In this document: positions 9,669 through 21,295 of the stretch, piece by piece
Position numbering within the stretch: the first letter of the stretch is position 1
Layout: every line of letters starts with the position of its first letter
DNA from: an uncultured Gammaproteobacteria bacterium
Lineage (GTDB): Bacteria > Pseudomonadota > Gammaproteobacteria > DRLM01
Length of the DNA: 64,000 nucleotides
Direction of reading: 5' to 3'
Assembly (NCBI GenBank): GCA_963729605.1
Contig: CAVSNY010000007.1
Coordinates: forward strand, 1,024,001 to 1,088,000
Position numbers and translations under genes: made by a program
The notes under the pieces: generated by a model
Told to the model about the DNA's origin: nothing
The model's database searches: none
Seen by the model: only the letters and a program-made list of their open reading frames with translations

Positions 9669-10709
9669 TTACCCCGCCTCTTGCAAGCGCCAAGCGATCT
9701 TGCCGCCGGCCCGTAGCGGCACCACCGTCTCGCGGCCGAAAACATACGAGTCCGGAATTTCCTGTTCTTGTTTAATCAAGGTGACTTGCTCGTGATTGCG
9801 CGGCAGCCCGTAAAAATCCGCGCCGTGAAAACTGGCGAAGCCTTCCAGTTTTTCCAAGGCGCCGGTCTGTTCGAAGGCCTCGGCATAGAACTCCAGCGCG
9901 GCGTGGGCGGTGTAGGTGCCGGCGCAACCGCAGGCGGCTTCCTTGGTGGCGCGGCTGTGCGGGGCGCTGTCGGTGCCCAGGAAAAATTTGGGATTGCCGC
10001 TGGTGGCGGCGCGCAGCAGCGCGGCGCGGTCGTCTTCGCGTTTCAATACCGGCAGACAATAATAGTGAGGGCGGATGCCGCCGGCGAGCAGATCGTTGCG
10101 ATTGAGCAGGAGGTGATGCGCGGTGATCGTGGCGGCGATATTGGCGGAGGCGCCGAGTACGAAACTCACCGCGTCGCGGGTGGTGATGTGTTCGAAAACG
10201 ATTTTCAGCGCGCTGAAGCGCGCGGTGAGCGGCAGCAAATTTTGTTCGATGAAGATCCGTTCGCGATCGAAGATGTCGATGTGCGCGGCGGTGACCTCGC
10301 CGTGGACCAGCAGCGGCAGGCCGACTTCTTCCATGGCCGCCAGAGCGGGATGGCAGCGTTCCAGCGCGGTGACGCCCGCATCCGAATTGGTGGTGGCGCC
10401 GGCCGGATAGAGTTTCACTCCCTGCACGATGCCGCTGTTTTTGGCGCGGCGGATTTCCTCGGGCGGGGTATTGTCGGTGAGGTACAGCGTCATCAAGGGT
10501 TCGAAGCGCGCGCCGCGCGGCGCCGCGGCCAGGATGCGTTGCCGGTAATCCTGCGCCTGCGCGGTGGTGGTGACCGGCGGCCGGAGATTGGGCATGACGA
10601 TGGCGCGGCCGAATTGGCGCGCGGCGTGCGGCACCGTGGTGTTTAAAAAATCGCCGTCGCGGAGATGGATGTGCCAGTCGTCGGGGCGGGTCAGGGTCAG
10701 CTGCTGCAT
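9669..10709 (-). CDS. pyrC: Dihydroorotase
   Basis: [22 protein letters not shown] and GTDSAPH motifs. Confidence 0.97.
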   Translation of the reverse strand: MQQLTLTRPDDWHIHLRDGDFLNTTVPHAARQFGRAIVMPNLRPPVTTTAQAQDYRQRILAAAPRGARFEPLMTLYLTDNTPPEEIRRAKNSGIVQGVKLYPAGATTNSDAGVTALERCHPALAAMEEVGLPLLVHGEVTAAHIDIFDRERIFIEQNLLPLTARFSALKIVFEHITTRDAVSFVLGASANIAATITAHHLLLNRNDLLAGGIRPHYYCLPVLKREDDRAALLRAATSGNPKFFLGTDSAPHSRATKEAACGCAGTYTAHAALEFYAEAFEQTGALEKLEGFASFHGADFYGLPRNHEQVTLIKQEQEIPDSYVFGRETVVPLRAGGKIAWRLQEAG

Positions 10710-10909
10710 GGGGGTATGATCCTTGGCGTCGAGGCGCCTATTATGCCACGGGCGATTCGCCGTGGTCCGGCCGCGCGCGGGGAAAATTCCGGCGCGATGG
10801 TATAAGATGATCGCCGCCCGCTGTCGTTCGCGGTGGATAACAAGGCAGCGTCGGCGCGTTGCCGTGGCCGCGCCTCGCTGGATTCGATAGTCGTGATGAT
10901 ATTCCGATA

Positions 10910-11887
10910 ATGACGTCCCCTCCCTTCAAGCCCGCCTGGTGGTTGCCCGGCGGCCATGTGCAAACCCTTTGGCCCGCGTTGTTGCGGCGGGCGGTCTCGC
11001 CGGTGACGCGGCGCGAGCGCGTCGAATTGCCCGACGGCGATTTCATCGACGTCGATTGGACGGGCGAGAGCGGCCCCATCGTGATCGTGCTGCACGGCCT
11101 CGGCGGTTCCATGGATTCGCACTACGCGCGCGGCATTTTACGTGCCGTCGCGGCGCGGGGCTGGCGCGGCGCGTTGATGCACTTCCGCGGTTGCAGCGGC
11201 GAGCCCAATCGTTTGTTGCGCGGTTATCACGCCGGCGACACCGGCGACCTCGCCAGTTTCGTCGCGTTGTTGCGTCAGCGCGAACCGCATATTCCACTGG
11301 CGGCGGTCGGTTATTCGCTGGGCGGCAACGTGTTGTTGAAATGGTTGGGGGAGCAGGGCGAGTCATCGCCCCTCAGCGCGGCGGTGGCGGTGTCGGTACC
11401 CTTTGATCTCGGCGCCGCCACCGCGCGGATGCAGCAAGGCTTTTCGCGGATTTACGACCGGCGTTTGCTGCGCTGTCTGCAAGACGCGCTCGCGCGGAAA
11501 CGCGCGGTGATGGCCTTGCCGTGGGATGCCGCCGCCATCGCCGCCATCGGCACTCTGCGCGCGTTCGACGAATGCGTCACCGCGCCCTTGCATGGTTTTC
11601 GCGACGCCGAAGATTATTATGACCGCGCCAGCTGCCGGCCCTATCTGCCGCGCATTCATACACCCACCTTGATCGTGCACGCCGCCGATGATCCTTTCAT
11701 GCCGCCTTCGGTGGTGCCGCCGCCGCATGTGTTGTCCGCGACCACCCGTTTGGAGTTGTCGCCGTCGGGCGGCCACGTGGGTTTCGTAAGCGGCGCACCG
11801 TGGACGCCGCGTTATTGGCTGGAGACGCGCATTCCCGATTATCTCGCCGCCACCATGACCGTGAGACGCCATCCGGCTGTGACATAA
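10910..11887 (+). CDS. YheT-like alpha/beta hydrolase
   Basis: GHVQTLW, LHGLGGS, GYSLGGN, DDPF and GGHVGF motifs. Confidence 0.85.
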   Translation: MTSPPFKPAWWLPGGHVQTLWPALLRRAVSPVTRRERVELPDGDFIDVDWTGESGPIVIVLHGLGGSMDSHYARGILRAVAARGWRGALMHFRGCSGEPNRLLRGYHAGDTGDLASFVALLRQREPHIPLAAVGYSLGGNVLLKWLGEQGESSPLSAAVAVSVPFDLGAATARMQQGFSRIYDRRLLRCLQDALARKRAVMALPWDAAAIAAIGTLRAFDECVTAPLHGFRDAEDYYDRASCRPYLPRIHTPTLIVHAADDPFMPPSVVPPPHVLSATTRLELSPSGGHVGFVSGAPWTPRYWLETRIPDYLAATMTVRRHPAVT

Positions 11888-11939
11888 TGCCCAAACGCAT
11901 CACGGTGTCCGCGGGTTTAGGTTTCCTATCCGAAAGGAA

Positions 11940-13190
11940 GTGGCGTTGATGGCTAAGCTCCGTAAGTCTTGGGTGTGGTCCGCGCTGGTGATCCTGGTCA
12001 TCGCCGTGCTGGTTTATTTTTACCGCGCCGGTCAGGTGCTGGAAGTCGAGACGGTGGCGGTGATCAAGGGAAATATGCTGGTGACCGTCACGCCGACCGA
12101 GACCGGTACCGTGGACAGCGACGCCACCGCGCAAATCAAGGCCGAAGTCGCGGGACGCATCAGCGAATTGCGGGTGGCGGAGGGCGCGCGGGTCAAGGCC
12201 GGCGACGTGCTGGCGCGTTTGGAGTCCAGCGAATTGGAGGCGCGGGTGGTGTTGGCGCGTTCGGTTTTAGAGGCCGCGCGTATGCGCTTGGAGTCGGCTC
12301 GCATCTCCCTGCCGTTGGAGAAGGCGCGCACCACCGCGGCGGTCGCGGAGGCGCAGGCCCGTTACGACGACGCCAAGCAGCGTTATGAAAAAAAGCAGAA
12401 GCTGCACGCGGCGCGCTTGATCCCGCAAGGCGAGATGGAATCGGCGAGCGCCGAACTGGCCACCGCCCAGGCGGTGCTGGAAACCGCGCGGGCCAATCAG
12501 GATCAAGTGGCCTTGCAGCAGCGCCAGATCGAGATCGCCGCCGCCGATGTGAAGCAGCAGGAGGCGGCCTTGCGCGTGGCGCAGGTCACTCTCGATCACA
12601 GCCTGATCCGCGCCCCCATCGCCGGCACGGTGGTCGAGTTGCCGATCAAGGTCGGTGAGTTGATGCAGCCGGGCAGCGTGGCGGCGCGCATCACCCGCCT
12701 CAATGCGTTGTACGTCAAGGCGCAAATCGACGAGGTCGATCTCAGTCGCCTGCAAGTCGGGCAAGCGGCGGAGATCCAATTCGACACCCAGCCTAATACT
12801 AAATATGCGGCGACGCTGTTCGAAATCTCGCCCGCGGTGTCGGTGGAGAAACTCAAGAGCCGCAACGTCACCGTGAAATTGCGGCTCGCCGAGCCGCCGC
12901 CGTTTTTGCGGCCCGGCATGTCGGCGGACGTGGAGATCATCGTCGCCACCGTGAACGATGTGTTGCTGGTGCCGGCCCAAACGGTGATGGCGAAAAACCA
13001 AGAGCAGTTCGTGTATGTGCTGGCCGACGGCGCGGTGGTCAAGCGGGTGATCGAGGCCGGCCGTTCCAATTGGGATGCCATCGAGGTGGTGCGGGGATTG
13101 AACCTCGGCGAGGCGGTGATCAGTTCGCTGGACGTCGAAGGTCTCAAGCCCGGCGCGCGGGCCCGGCCGGCGGCCAAGCAGGCACCTTGA
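11940..13190 (+). CDS. Efflux periplasmic adaptor (MacA-like)
   Basis: N-terminal TM, lipoyl-like halves, coiled coil, LRPGMSA. Confidence 0.9.
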   Translation: MALMAKLRKSWVWSALVILVIAVLVYFYRAGQVLEVETVAVIKGNMLVTVTPTETGTVDSDATAQIKAEVAGRISELRVAEGARVKAGDVLARLESSELEARVVLARSVLEAARMRLESARISLPLEKARTTAAVAEAQARYDDAKQRYEKKQKLHAARLIPQGEMESASAELATAQAVLETARANQDQVALQQRQIEIAAADVKQQEAALRVAQVTLDHSLIRAPIAGTVVELPIKVGELMQPGSVAARITRLNALYVKAQIDEVDLSRLQVGQAAEIQFDTQPNTKYAATLFEISPAVSVEKLKSRNVTVKLRLAEPPPFLRPGMSADVEIIVATVNDVLLVPAQTVMAKNQEQFVYVLADGAVVKRVIEAGRSNWDAIEVVRGLNLGEAVISSLDVEGLKPGARARPAAKQAP

Positions 13191-13192
13191 GT

Positions 13193-13894
13193 ATGGCGGA
13201 CACAGCGCTCATCGAATTGCGGGACGTGAGCAAGGTGTTCGTCACCGGCGCGATCCGTTATGAGGTCTTGAAAGGCATCTCTCTCCGCATCGAGCGCGGC
13301 GATTACATCGCCTTGATGGGTCCCTCCGGTTCGGGCAAATCCACCTTGCTCAATATCCTCGGTTGTCTCGACGCGCCCACCGGCGGCCACTATCACCTTG
13401 AAGGACGCGAGATCGTCAGCCTCGGCGATGCGGAACTGGCGCGGACCCGCAATCAGTTTTTCGGTTTCGTGTTTCAGTCCTTCAATCTGCTGGGGCGTTA
13501 TTCGGTGGAGGAAAACGTCGCCTTGCCCATGGTGTACCGGGGCCTGGCCAAGCGCGAGCGTTTACAGCGCGCCCGCGCCTTGCTGGCGCGGGTCGGCCTC
13601 AAGGACTTCAATCGCCACCTGCCCTCCGAGTTGTCCGGGGGCATGCAGCAGCGGGTGGCCATCGCGCGCGCGCTGGTCAACGCGCCCAAGGTGTTGTTCG
13701 CCGATGAACCCACCGGCAACCTCGACAGCAAGACCGGTCAGGAAATCATCAGTCTGTTCGGCGAACTCAACGCCGAGGGCACGACCTTGGTGGTGGTGAC
13801 CCACGACCCGCGGGTGGCCGAGCATACCCGGCGGGTGCTGACGCTCGCCGACGGCGCGATCGTGGAAGACCGGCGCAAGGAGGTGGCGGCATGA
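13193..13894 (+). CDS. ABC ATP-binding protein (MacB/LolD-like)
   Basis: [16 protein letters not shown] and ADEPTGNLD motifs. Confidence 0.92.
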   Translation: MADTALIELRDVSKVFVTGAIRYEVLKGISLRIERGDYIALMGPSGSGKSTLLNILGCLDAPTGGHYHLEGREIVSLGDAELARTRNQFFGFVFQSFNLLGRYSVEENVALPMVYRGLAKRERLQRARALLARVGLKDFNRHLPSELSGGMQQRVAIARALVNAPKVLFADEPTGNLDSKTGQEIISLFGELNAEGTTLVVVTHDPRVAEHTRRVLTLADGAIVEDRRKEVAA

Positions 13895-15093
13895 ATCCCC
13901 TGGAACATTTTCGCATCGCGATGGGCGCCCTGGCCGCCAACAAGGTGCGTTCGTTTCTCACCATGCTCGGCGTGATCATCGGCGTGGCCTCGGTGATCAT
14001 GCTGGTGGCGATCGGTGAAGGCGCCAAGACCTACATCCGCCAGGAGTTGATGGGTATCGGCACCAATCTGCTGATCATTGTGCCGGGCAAGACCGAGACC
14101 AGCGGCATGGGGCACATGCCCTCCGGCGTGCAAAAGCTGACCCTCGCCGATATGCGCGCGCTGGAAAAACGCGCCACGCTGGTCACCGCCATGACGCCCA
14201 TCGTGGTGAGCAGCGCGCCGGTGAAGTTGGGCAACCGTCTGCGCAATGTGCAGGTCATCGGCACCGATCACAACTTCGAGACCGTGCGCAATCTGCACGT
14301 GGAGATCGGCTCCTTCATCAGCAAGGCGGATGTGGACGCCGGTCGGCGGGTGGCGGTGATCGGCCGCACGGTGAAGAAGGAATTGTTCGGCGAGAGCAAT
14401 CCCCTGGGCCGCACCATCAAACTCGGCGAGACCAAATTCCGGGTCATCGGCATCATGGAAACCAAAGGGGTGACCCTGGGGCAGGACATCGACGATCACG
14501 TGTTCATTCCGGTCGAGACCGCGCAAGAGATCTTCGATCAGGACGGTCTCACCAATATCCTCGCGCAAGCGATCAACGAGAGCGCCATCGAACGCGCCAA
14601 GGAGCAGATCCGCGACGTGCTTATCCAGCGCCATGCCGGTGAAGAGGATTTCACCCTGGTCAGTCAGCAGGCCATGCTCTCCACCATGCAGACCATACTC
14701 GGCACCTTCACTTATGTGCTGGGCGGTATCGCCAGCATTTCGCTGTTGGTGGGCGGGATCGGCATCATGAATATCATGTTGGTCTCGGTGCGCGAGCGCA
14801 CCCGCGAGATCGGTTTGCGCAAGGCCATCGGCGCCGCGCAGCGCGACATCCTGCTGCAATTCGTCATCGAATCGGTGGTGTTGTCCATGGTCGGCGGTCT
14901 GATCGGCATCGTATTCGGCACCGGCGTCGCCTATGGCGCCAAGGCGGTTTTCCCCGCCATTCCCATCGATGTCAGCACCTGGTCGGTGCTCACCGCTTTC
15001 ATCTTCGCCTTCATGGTCGGCGCCTTCTTCGGTATTTATCCCGCCAGCAAGGCGGCGCGCCTCAATCCCATCGAAGCCTTACGGTATGAATAA
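13891..15093 (+). CDS. ABC permease (MacB/FtsX-like)
   Basis: RSFLTMLGVIIG, ERTREIGLRKAIGA and PIEALRYE motifs. Confidence 0.92.
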   Translation: MNPLEHFRIAMGALAANKVRSFLTMLGVIIGVASVIMLVAIGEGAKTYIRQELMGIGTNLLIIVPGKTETSGMGHMPSGVQKLTLADMRALEKRATLVTAMTPIVVSSAPVKLGNRLRNVQVIGTDHNFETVRNLHVEIGSFISKADVDAGRRVAVIGRTVKKELFGESNPLGRTIKLGETKFRVIGIMETKGVTLGQDIDDHVFIPVETAQEIFDQDGLTNILAQAINESAIERAKEQIRDVLIQRHAGEEDFTLVSQQAMLSTMQTILGTFTYVLGGIASISLLVGGIGIMNIMLVSVRERTREIGLRKAIGAAQRDILLQFVIESVVLSMVGGLIGIVFGTGVAYGAKAVFPAIPIDVSTWSVLTAFIFAFMVGAFFGIYPASKAARLNPIEALRYE

Positions 15094-15501
15094 CATTGCG
15101 TGATAGTGGATGACGCGGGTGCGGAACCGGACATGATGAAACCCGTGATTAAATCCGACCGCGCGCGGCTGGAATTTTTTAGAACTATTCTCGTCGAGCG
15201 TGAAATACCATCCGTCGATTGCCGGGCGATTCCGGAAAAAGCGCGGCTGCCATTCAGCAAAATATTGTCGGTCCGCCGGGCGAACGGAGAAATACTCCGC
15301 CCCGCTTGCAAGCGGCAAGGGCGAGTGTTAAAAGGAAGGGCGGCGAAATGTTTTGCCGCCTCAGGCAATGGCGCGGAGCCGCCGCTTGCTGTGGGTGTTT
15401 AAAGGATTGGCCGAGGGTTGGCTGCTTGTCGTCGGACACGTTGTGCGTTAGTGATTCGATGGCTTCATTTCGATCAATGCACATTTCTGAGAGACTGATT
15501 C

Positions 15502-15774
15502 ATGAATATATATGTTGGCAATCTTTCCTATAGCGTTACCGAAAGTGATTTGAAAGATGCGTTTTCCCAGTTTGGACAAGTGTCGAGCGTGAGCGTGGTC
15601 ACCGACAAGTTTTCCGGACAATCGAAAGGCTTCGGCTTCGTCGAGATGCCGAGCAATGCCGAGGCGGATGCCGCCATCAAAGGCCTGAACGAGCGCGATA
15701 TCAAAGGCCGCAACATCAAGGTCAACCAAGCCAAACCCCGCGAAGAGCGCCCCGCCCGCCGGCCCCGTTACTAA
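15502..15774 (+). CDS. RRM RNA-binding protein
   Basis: RNP2 IYVGNL and RNP1 KGFGFVEM. Confidence 0.93.
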   Translation: MNIYVGNLSYSVTESDLKDAFSQFGQVSSVSVVTDKFSGQSKGFGFVEMPSNAEADAAIKGLNERDIKGRNIKVNQAKPREERPARRPRY

Positions 15775-15967
15775 AAGCAGGCCACCCATCTCCAAAACGG
15801 GGGATAGCGATATTCCCCGTGGTTTTTCCGCTTCGCCATTCAACGCGGCCGCTGGAAACATGCCGGCCTCTCGGTCGTGGCGCTCTCCCGCGCAGGCGCG
15901 GTAATTCACCAGCCAGATTCGAAGCACGGCCGGTACGACGCAGGCCCCGTCGCGCTCGTCCCGCCGA

Positions 15968-16211
15968 TTATTGGTGTTTGTCGTCGGTACGCATGTCGTC
16001 ATCCGAGCTGAAGTCTTCTTGCCGGGTCTCCGACATTTCGTCGTAATAATCGGCTTCGCGGCCAGGCAGCGTGGACTTGTCGTCGATCTTCAACCACACG
16101 TCGTAAAAGCGCGCGAGCATTTTTCTGCCTTGATCCGCCGAGGTGATGAAATCAAAGTCGCGGAGGAAATCATCGAAATCATGCACGCCCTTGGCGATGG
16201 TGCGGAGCATG
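15968..16211 (-). CDS. Small acidic hypothetical protein (start uncertain)
   Basis: Asp/Glu-rich ORF with plausible codon usage filling an intergenic gap. Confidence 0.4.
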
Positions 16212-16369
16212 GCCGGTAAATCGTGATCGGCGGCCCATGTCGAAAGGCATCGCGTGACTCCCATTCACGGACGCGGCAAGATGGCCGCGAAAAGAGTAGT
16301 CTGCATATTAGAATGGTGCCCTCGATCGACCCGGCGTGGGTCGTCGGAGCCCACCTGGTGGAGGATACG

Positions 16370-17359
16370 ATGGAGATGAATGCGGATACACCCAAGCCGT
16401 TACGGATATCCGATGGAGCGAATGGACGTATCGGTTTGGCGTTGGGCGGCGGCTCGGCGCGGGGTTGGGCCCACATCGGCGTCATTCGCGCGTTGGCCGA
16501 AATCGGCATAAAACCGGATATCGTGGCTGGGACCTCCATCGGCGCGCTGGTGGGCGCGGCTTACGCCGGCGAGCAACTGGACGCCTTGGAGCGCTGGGTC
16601 ACTGGGCTCAACTGGAAAGACATACCCGGTTATCTCGATTTGTCCTTGTTGAGCGGCGGCTTCATTCAAGGTGAAAAACTCCTGGAATTGGCCCGCGGCT
16701 GGATGAAGGACCTCCCTATCGAAGCCTTGCCGCGCCGCTTCGGTATGGTGGCCACCGAGCTCGATACCGGCCGCGAGATCTGGTTTCGCGAAGGGCCCTT
16801 GTTCACGGGGGTGCGCGCATCGATGGGCCTGCCCGGTTTGTTCGCGCCGGTCAAGGTCGAAGGACGCTGGCTGGTGGACGGTGGCTTGACCAATCCGGTG
16901 CCGGTTTCCTTGTGCCGCGCCATGGGCGCGGAGGTGGTGATCGCGGTCAATCTGAACGGCGACATCGTCGGCAAACACGGCCGCCGCCGCAATGGGCGCA
17001 ATGGAACGGCTGATGCGCCGGCGTTGAATCCGAGCGCCGAAGCCGATTTTTGGAATAAAATTTCCACTCAATTCAAAAACGGTTTGAACGAGCGTAAGCA
17101 AGTGTTGCTGGGGCGTGTGTTCGGTACCAGCCTTGATGCACCGGGTCTCTTCGATGTGCTGGCCAGTTCCATCAATATCATGCAGGACCGCATCACCCGC
17201 AGCCGCATGGCCGGCGATCCGCCGGAGATCATGTTGGCGCCCAGATTGTCGCAGTTGGGACTGATGGAATTCCACCTGGCCGCGGTCGCTATCGCCGAAG
17301 GCCGTGCCAGTGTGCAGCGCATGCGTCCGGCGCTGGAACAGGTCATTCAGGGTTTATGA
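16370..17359 (+). CDS. rssA: Patatin-like phospholipase (RssA-like)
   Basis: GGGSARGWAHIG, GTSIG, DGG and QDRITRSRMAGDPP motifs. Confidence 0.85.
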   Translation: MEMNADTPKPLRISDGANGRIGLALGGGSARGWAHIGVIRALAEIGIKPDIVAGTSIGALVGAAYAGEQLDALERWVTGLNWKDIPGYLDLSLLSGGFIQGEKLLELARGWMKDLPIEALPRRFGMVATELDTGREIWFREGPLFTGVRASMGLPGLFAPVKVEGRWLVDGGLTNPVPVSLCRAMGAEVVIAVNLNGDIVGKHGRRRNGRNGTADAPALNPSAEADFWNKISTQFKNGLNERKQVLLGRVFGTSLDAPGLFDVLASSINIMQDRITRSRMAGDPPEIMLAPRLSQLGLMEFHLAAVAIAEGRASVQRMRPALEQVIQGL

Positions 17360-17483
17360 TCGAGCCGGCTTCCGGCTCACGGTGATTGAAGAAACTCGGC
17401 GCGGCTCGATGTCCGCTTGCACCTCGCTCTTTCCCGCCGCCGCGCTTGGTTGATTCCTCGGGCGCGTCCTCATCGGCATGGGG

Positions 17484-19136
17484 TCAGGTATTTTTGAAAT
17501 GACCGACCCGCTTGATCAGCTCGCCGGCCAGCGATTCCAGGGTCTCCACCGCCTGCAAGGTCGCCGCCGTGGAGAGTTCGATCTGACCGGCGAAACCGCT
17601 GACGGTTTCGATCTGTTCCCCGACGTTCGCCGACACATAGGCCTGTTCCTCGGCGGCGGTGGCGATTTGGGTGGTTTGGTCGCGGATATCCTGCACCGAT
17701 TGGCTTATCGAGCCGAGTTTCTCACTGACCGAACTTATTCTGCCGCGCATGCCTTCCGAGGCTTGTACGCTTTCGCGCATGGTGCTGCGGGCGTTTTCCG
17801 CGCCGGTCAGCAATTCCTCGATGCGCGCGCGCACCTCCCCGGTGGATTCGCGGGTACGTTTCGCCAAGGTGCGGACTTCATCCGCCACTACCGCGAAACC
17901 GCGGCCCTGTTCACCGGCGCGGGCCGCCTCGATCGCCGCGTTCAAGGCCAGTAAATTGGTTTGGTCGGCGACGTCTCGAATCAGACCGATGATATTCCCG
18001 ACATCGGCCATTACTTTATTGAGGCGTTCCAATTCGTCGCGGCTGGTGTTGATCTTGATCTCCAGTTCCCGCATGTACCGGTCGGCGTCGGACGCCACCT
18101 GAGCGCCGGCTTGCGCGGCTTCACGGGCCTGTTCCCCCGCGGCGGCGGCATGGGAGCAGCTACGTGACACCTCGCTGGCGGTACTGGCCAGTTCGGTCGA
18201 CGCCGCGGCGACCTGTTGCGTCAGATTGCGTTGTTGGCCGATGCCTTCGCCGGCGGTGAGCATGGTGCGCCGTAGTTCGGCGCTGGCCGCGTGCAACTCA
18301 TGGCCGGTGCGGGAGAGGTCGGCGATCAATTGTCCCAACTGCGCGACCATGGCATTGAAGGCGCGGCCGACTTGCGCCATCTCGTCTTTGCCCTCGGCCG
18401 GCAATTGGCTGGACAGATCGCCCGCCGCCACGCTTTCGGTGATCTTCACCAAACGGTCGAGGGGCAGGGTGATGCGGCGTACGAAAATGATATAGCTCGC
18501 GACCAGCAGGCCGGCGACCAGCAGCACCAGGCTTAAGACGCCGACCACATTGGCATGGGCGCTGTCCACCAAGCGTTGGTAATCATTGTTGGTACGTTTA
18601 TCGAGCAGGGTTTGGAATTAAGTCACCGGTTCTTTGATGCGCGTCACGGCGTCGTGATAAGCGGTGTCATGCACCAGCTTAATGGCGTCGTCGCGGGTAC
18701 CGGGCGCCTTGCCTTCGATGATGTTGAAGGCGCGTTCCTCGGTGGTCACCAGGGCCAGCGACAACTCGTTGGCCCGCGCCAGCAGTTCCAGCTCTTCCGC
18801 GGTGAAGCCTTTTTCCCGCAAGAGGGCGTCGAAGGCGATGGTACGGCCGTCGGGGCGGGCGGCCTTGCCTTCCAACACCTCGACGAGATGCCAGTATTGA
18901 TCGCGAAATCCGGTGTCGCCGGTCACCACGTAGGTGCGCGCCAAGCGGGTCAACTCATCGGAGGTGACGCTCACTTCCTGTCCCAATTGATAGGATTCAA
19001 GGCGTTCCTCGGCGGCCTTCACCAGGCTCGCTTGATGGGCGATCAACCACCACACTAAGAGGGCGGTGATGGTGAGGGCGGTGAGCCCCGCGCCGACGAA
19101 GGTTTTCAAAAGACGTTTGATGCTCATGCCGGCCAC
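17484..19136 (-). pseudogene. Methyl-accepting chemotaxis protein with in-frame TAA at 18618-18620
   Basis: TM-sensor ORF and HAMP/MA ORF are in the same frame: [13 protein letters not shown]...; [17 protein letters not shown]. Confidence 0.88.
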
Positions 19137-19190
19137 CGAGGAATGAATAGAGAGAATAAACCAAGGGCGGCGCCGCTTGGCCCGGTGGGG

Positions 19191-19218
19191 TTATCGGTAG
19201 TTAAACGCCTGGCCTTGA
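19191..19218 (-). promoter_or_regulatory. Putative sigma-28 (FliA) promoter of the MCP
   Basis: TCAA-N16-ACCGATAA on the minus strand; spacer 1 nt longer than canonical. Confidence 0.4.
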
Positions 19219-19332
19219 ATATGTCTCACCGGCCTTGTCGCGGGGACCCGGCGCCGGTCGCCGGCTTGATCGCCGCCCGGCCGCTCAAGCCGGACCGAAT
19301 GCCGGCGCCGGCGTTGAAATTCAAAATAAATT

Positions 19333-19812
19333 TTAAAGACCCAGTTCGGACAGGCCGGGGTGGGAATCCGGCCGGCGGCCCAGCGGCCAGCGATACTTGC
19401 GGTCGGTTTCCTTGATGGGCAGGTCGTTGATGCTGGCGAGGCGCCGCCGCATGAGACCCTGTTCGTCGAATTCCCAATTCTCGTTGCCGTAGGAGCGGAA
19501 CCAGTTGCCGGAGTCGTCGTGCCACTCATAGGCGAAGCGTACCGCGATGCGCGCGCCGTCAAAGGCCCACAGTTCTTTAATCAGCCGGTAGTCCAGTTCC
19601 TTCGCCCATTTGCGGCGGAGAAACTCCGTGATGGCCTCGCGGCCGGAGAGAAACTCGGCGCGATTGCGCCAAGTGCTGTCCGTGGTGTAGGCGAGCGCGA
19701 CCCGCGCGGGGTCGCGGCTGTTCCAGCCGTCCTCGGCCATGCGGACCTTTTGGGCCGCAGTATCGCGAGTGAAAGGCGGCAAAGGCGGACGGCTGTCCGG
19801 TGTGGCGGTCAT
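19333..19812 (-). CDS. DUF1348 / NTF2-like protein
   Basis: [21 protein letters not shown] and [10 protein letters not shown] motifs. Confidence 0.88.
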   Translation of the reverse strand: MTATPDSRPPLPPFTRDTAAQKVRMAEDGWNSRDPARVALAYTTDSTWRNRAEFLSGREAITEFLRRKWAKELDYRLIKELWAFDGARIAVRFAYEWHDDSGNWFRSYGNENWEFDEQGLMRRRLASINDLPIKETDRKYRWPLGRRPDSHPGLSELGL

Positions 19813-20116
19813 GAATGGCTCCTGGGCGACGAGTGAGTTTCATTCATCATACTTATCGCGGGTCGGTTTGTAATCAGGCGAGGCGTGGGGGTGGTGTTCA
19901 CGCTGGCGGTTTGCGGCGCGACGTTTAAAGCCCATCTCAAAATGAGTCGCCGCGCTTTTTGAATGAAGCTTTCGTCATCATCCCCTTTCCCTGTCGCTCG
20001 CGGGACGTTGCTGATAACCGTGCAGGCCTTATTCCTCCGGTGGGAGAGGGGGGATGTCGAGATGGGTTGTAGTGGGGGGTGTTCATGCCGGGCCGTGATC
20101 GGCGGATAGGGCCGTT

Positions 20117-21106
20117 TCACTGCCAGACCAAGGGCGGCTCATCCAACAGCGCCGCCTGTTCGCGCAGGGCGAGGATTTGTTCTTCCCAATACCGCGGGGT
20201 GTTGAACCAAGTGAAGGCCTGTTTGAAGGCGGGGTCTTCCCAGCGCCGCGCGAGCCACGCGGAGTAGTGCAGCATGCGCAAAGTGCGCAGGGCCTCCACC
20301 AGATTCAATTCGCGCGGGTTGAAGTCGTGGAACTCGGTGTAACCGTCGAGTATCTCGGCGAGTTGCGCGGTCATGGCGTGGCGTTCGCCTGACAATAACA
20401 TCCATAAATCCTGCACGGCCGGGCCCATGCGGCAGTCGTCGAAGTCGACGAAGTGCGGGCCGGCGTCGGTCCATAAAATATTGCCGGGGTGGCAGTCGCC
20501 GTGCAGGCGGATGTGCTTGACGTCGCCCGCGCGCTGATAACAGGCGCGCACCTGCTTGAGCACGTCTTCCGCCAGGCTGCGATAGGGTAACTCTAAATCG
20601 CGCGGAATGAATCCCTGCTCCAACAGGTAGCGATAGGAGTCGTCGCCGAAGTGTTCGATGTCGAGGGTGGGGCGATGGAGAAACGGTTGCACCGCGCCCA
20701 GGGCGTGGATGCGGGCGATGAAGCGGCCCAGCCACACCAGGTTGTCCGGATTGTCGAGGTCGGGCCAGCGCCCGCCGCGGCGCGGATAAAGCGCGAAACG
20801 GAAGCCTTGATGGTGATGCAGGGTCTCGCCGCGCTCATCGAGCAGCGGCGGCACCACCGGGATTTCGCGTTCCGCCAATTCCAGGGCGTAGGCGTGTTCT
20901 TCCAGTATCGCGTCATCGCTCCAGCGGCCCGGCCGGTAAAATTTGGCGACGATGAAATCGCGCTCGTCGATGCCGATTTGATAGACGCGGTTTTCGTAAC
21001 TGTTGAGCGCGTGAAAATGGCCGTTGCAATGCCGGCCGGTGCCTTCCACGGCGTCGAGGATGCGATCGGGGCTGAGGTCTTGATAGACGAGTTGTGAGTC
21101 CGGCAT
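20117..21106 (-). CDS. srkA: Stress response kinase SrkA/RdoA
   Basis: LNSYENRVYQ, KFYRPGRW, RLHGDCHPGN and DFDD motifs. Confidence 0.9.
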   Translation of the reverse strand: MPDSQLVYQDLSPDRILDAVEGTGRHCNGHFHALNSYENRVYQIGIDERDFIVAKFYRPGRWSDDAILEEHAYALELAEREIPVVPPLLDERGETLHHHQGFRFALYPRRGGRWPDLDNPDNLVWLGRFIARIHALGAVQPFLHRPTLDIEHFGDDSYRYLLEQGFIPRDLELPYRSLAEDVLKQVRACYQRAGDVKHIRLHGDCHPGNILWTDAGPHFVDFDDCRMGPAVQDLWMLLSGERHAMTAQLAEILDGYTEFHDFNPRELNLVEALRTLRMLHYSAWLARRWEDPAFKQAFTWFNTPRYWEEQILALREQAALLDEPPLVWQ

Positions 21107-21295
21107 GGCGTCTCGGATTAGTTTCCATCAATCACGTAAAGGGAACTCGGCTATTTCCCCTCTCTTCTGCGGAAGACAGAATGGAGGTGAAAATCACCGT
21201 GTGTCCAGCGGCTGACCCCCGCCTTCCCTAAAAAGGGAAGGCGTTGCCGTGCAGTGTATTGGATTGGAAGATGGCTGACTATCGTAAGTGCCGCG

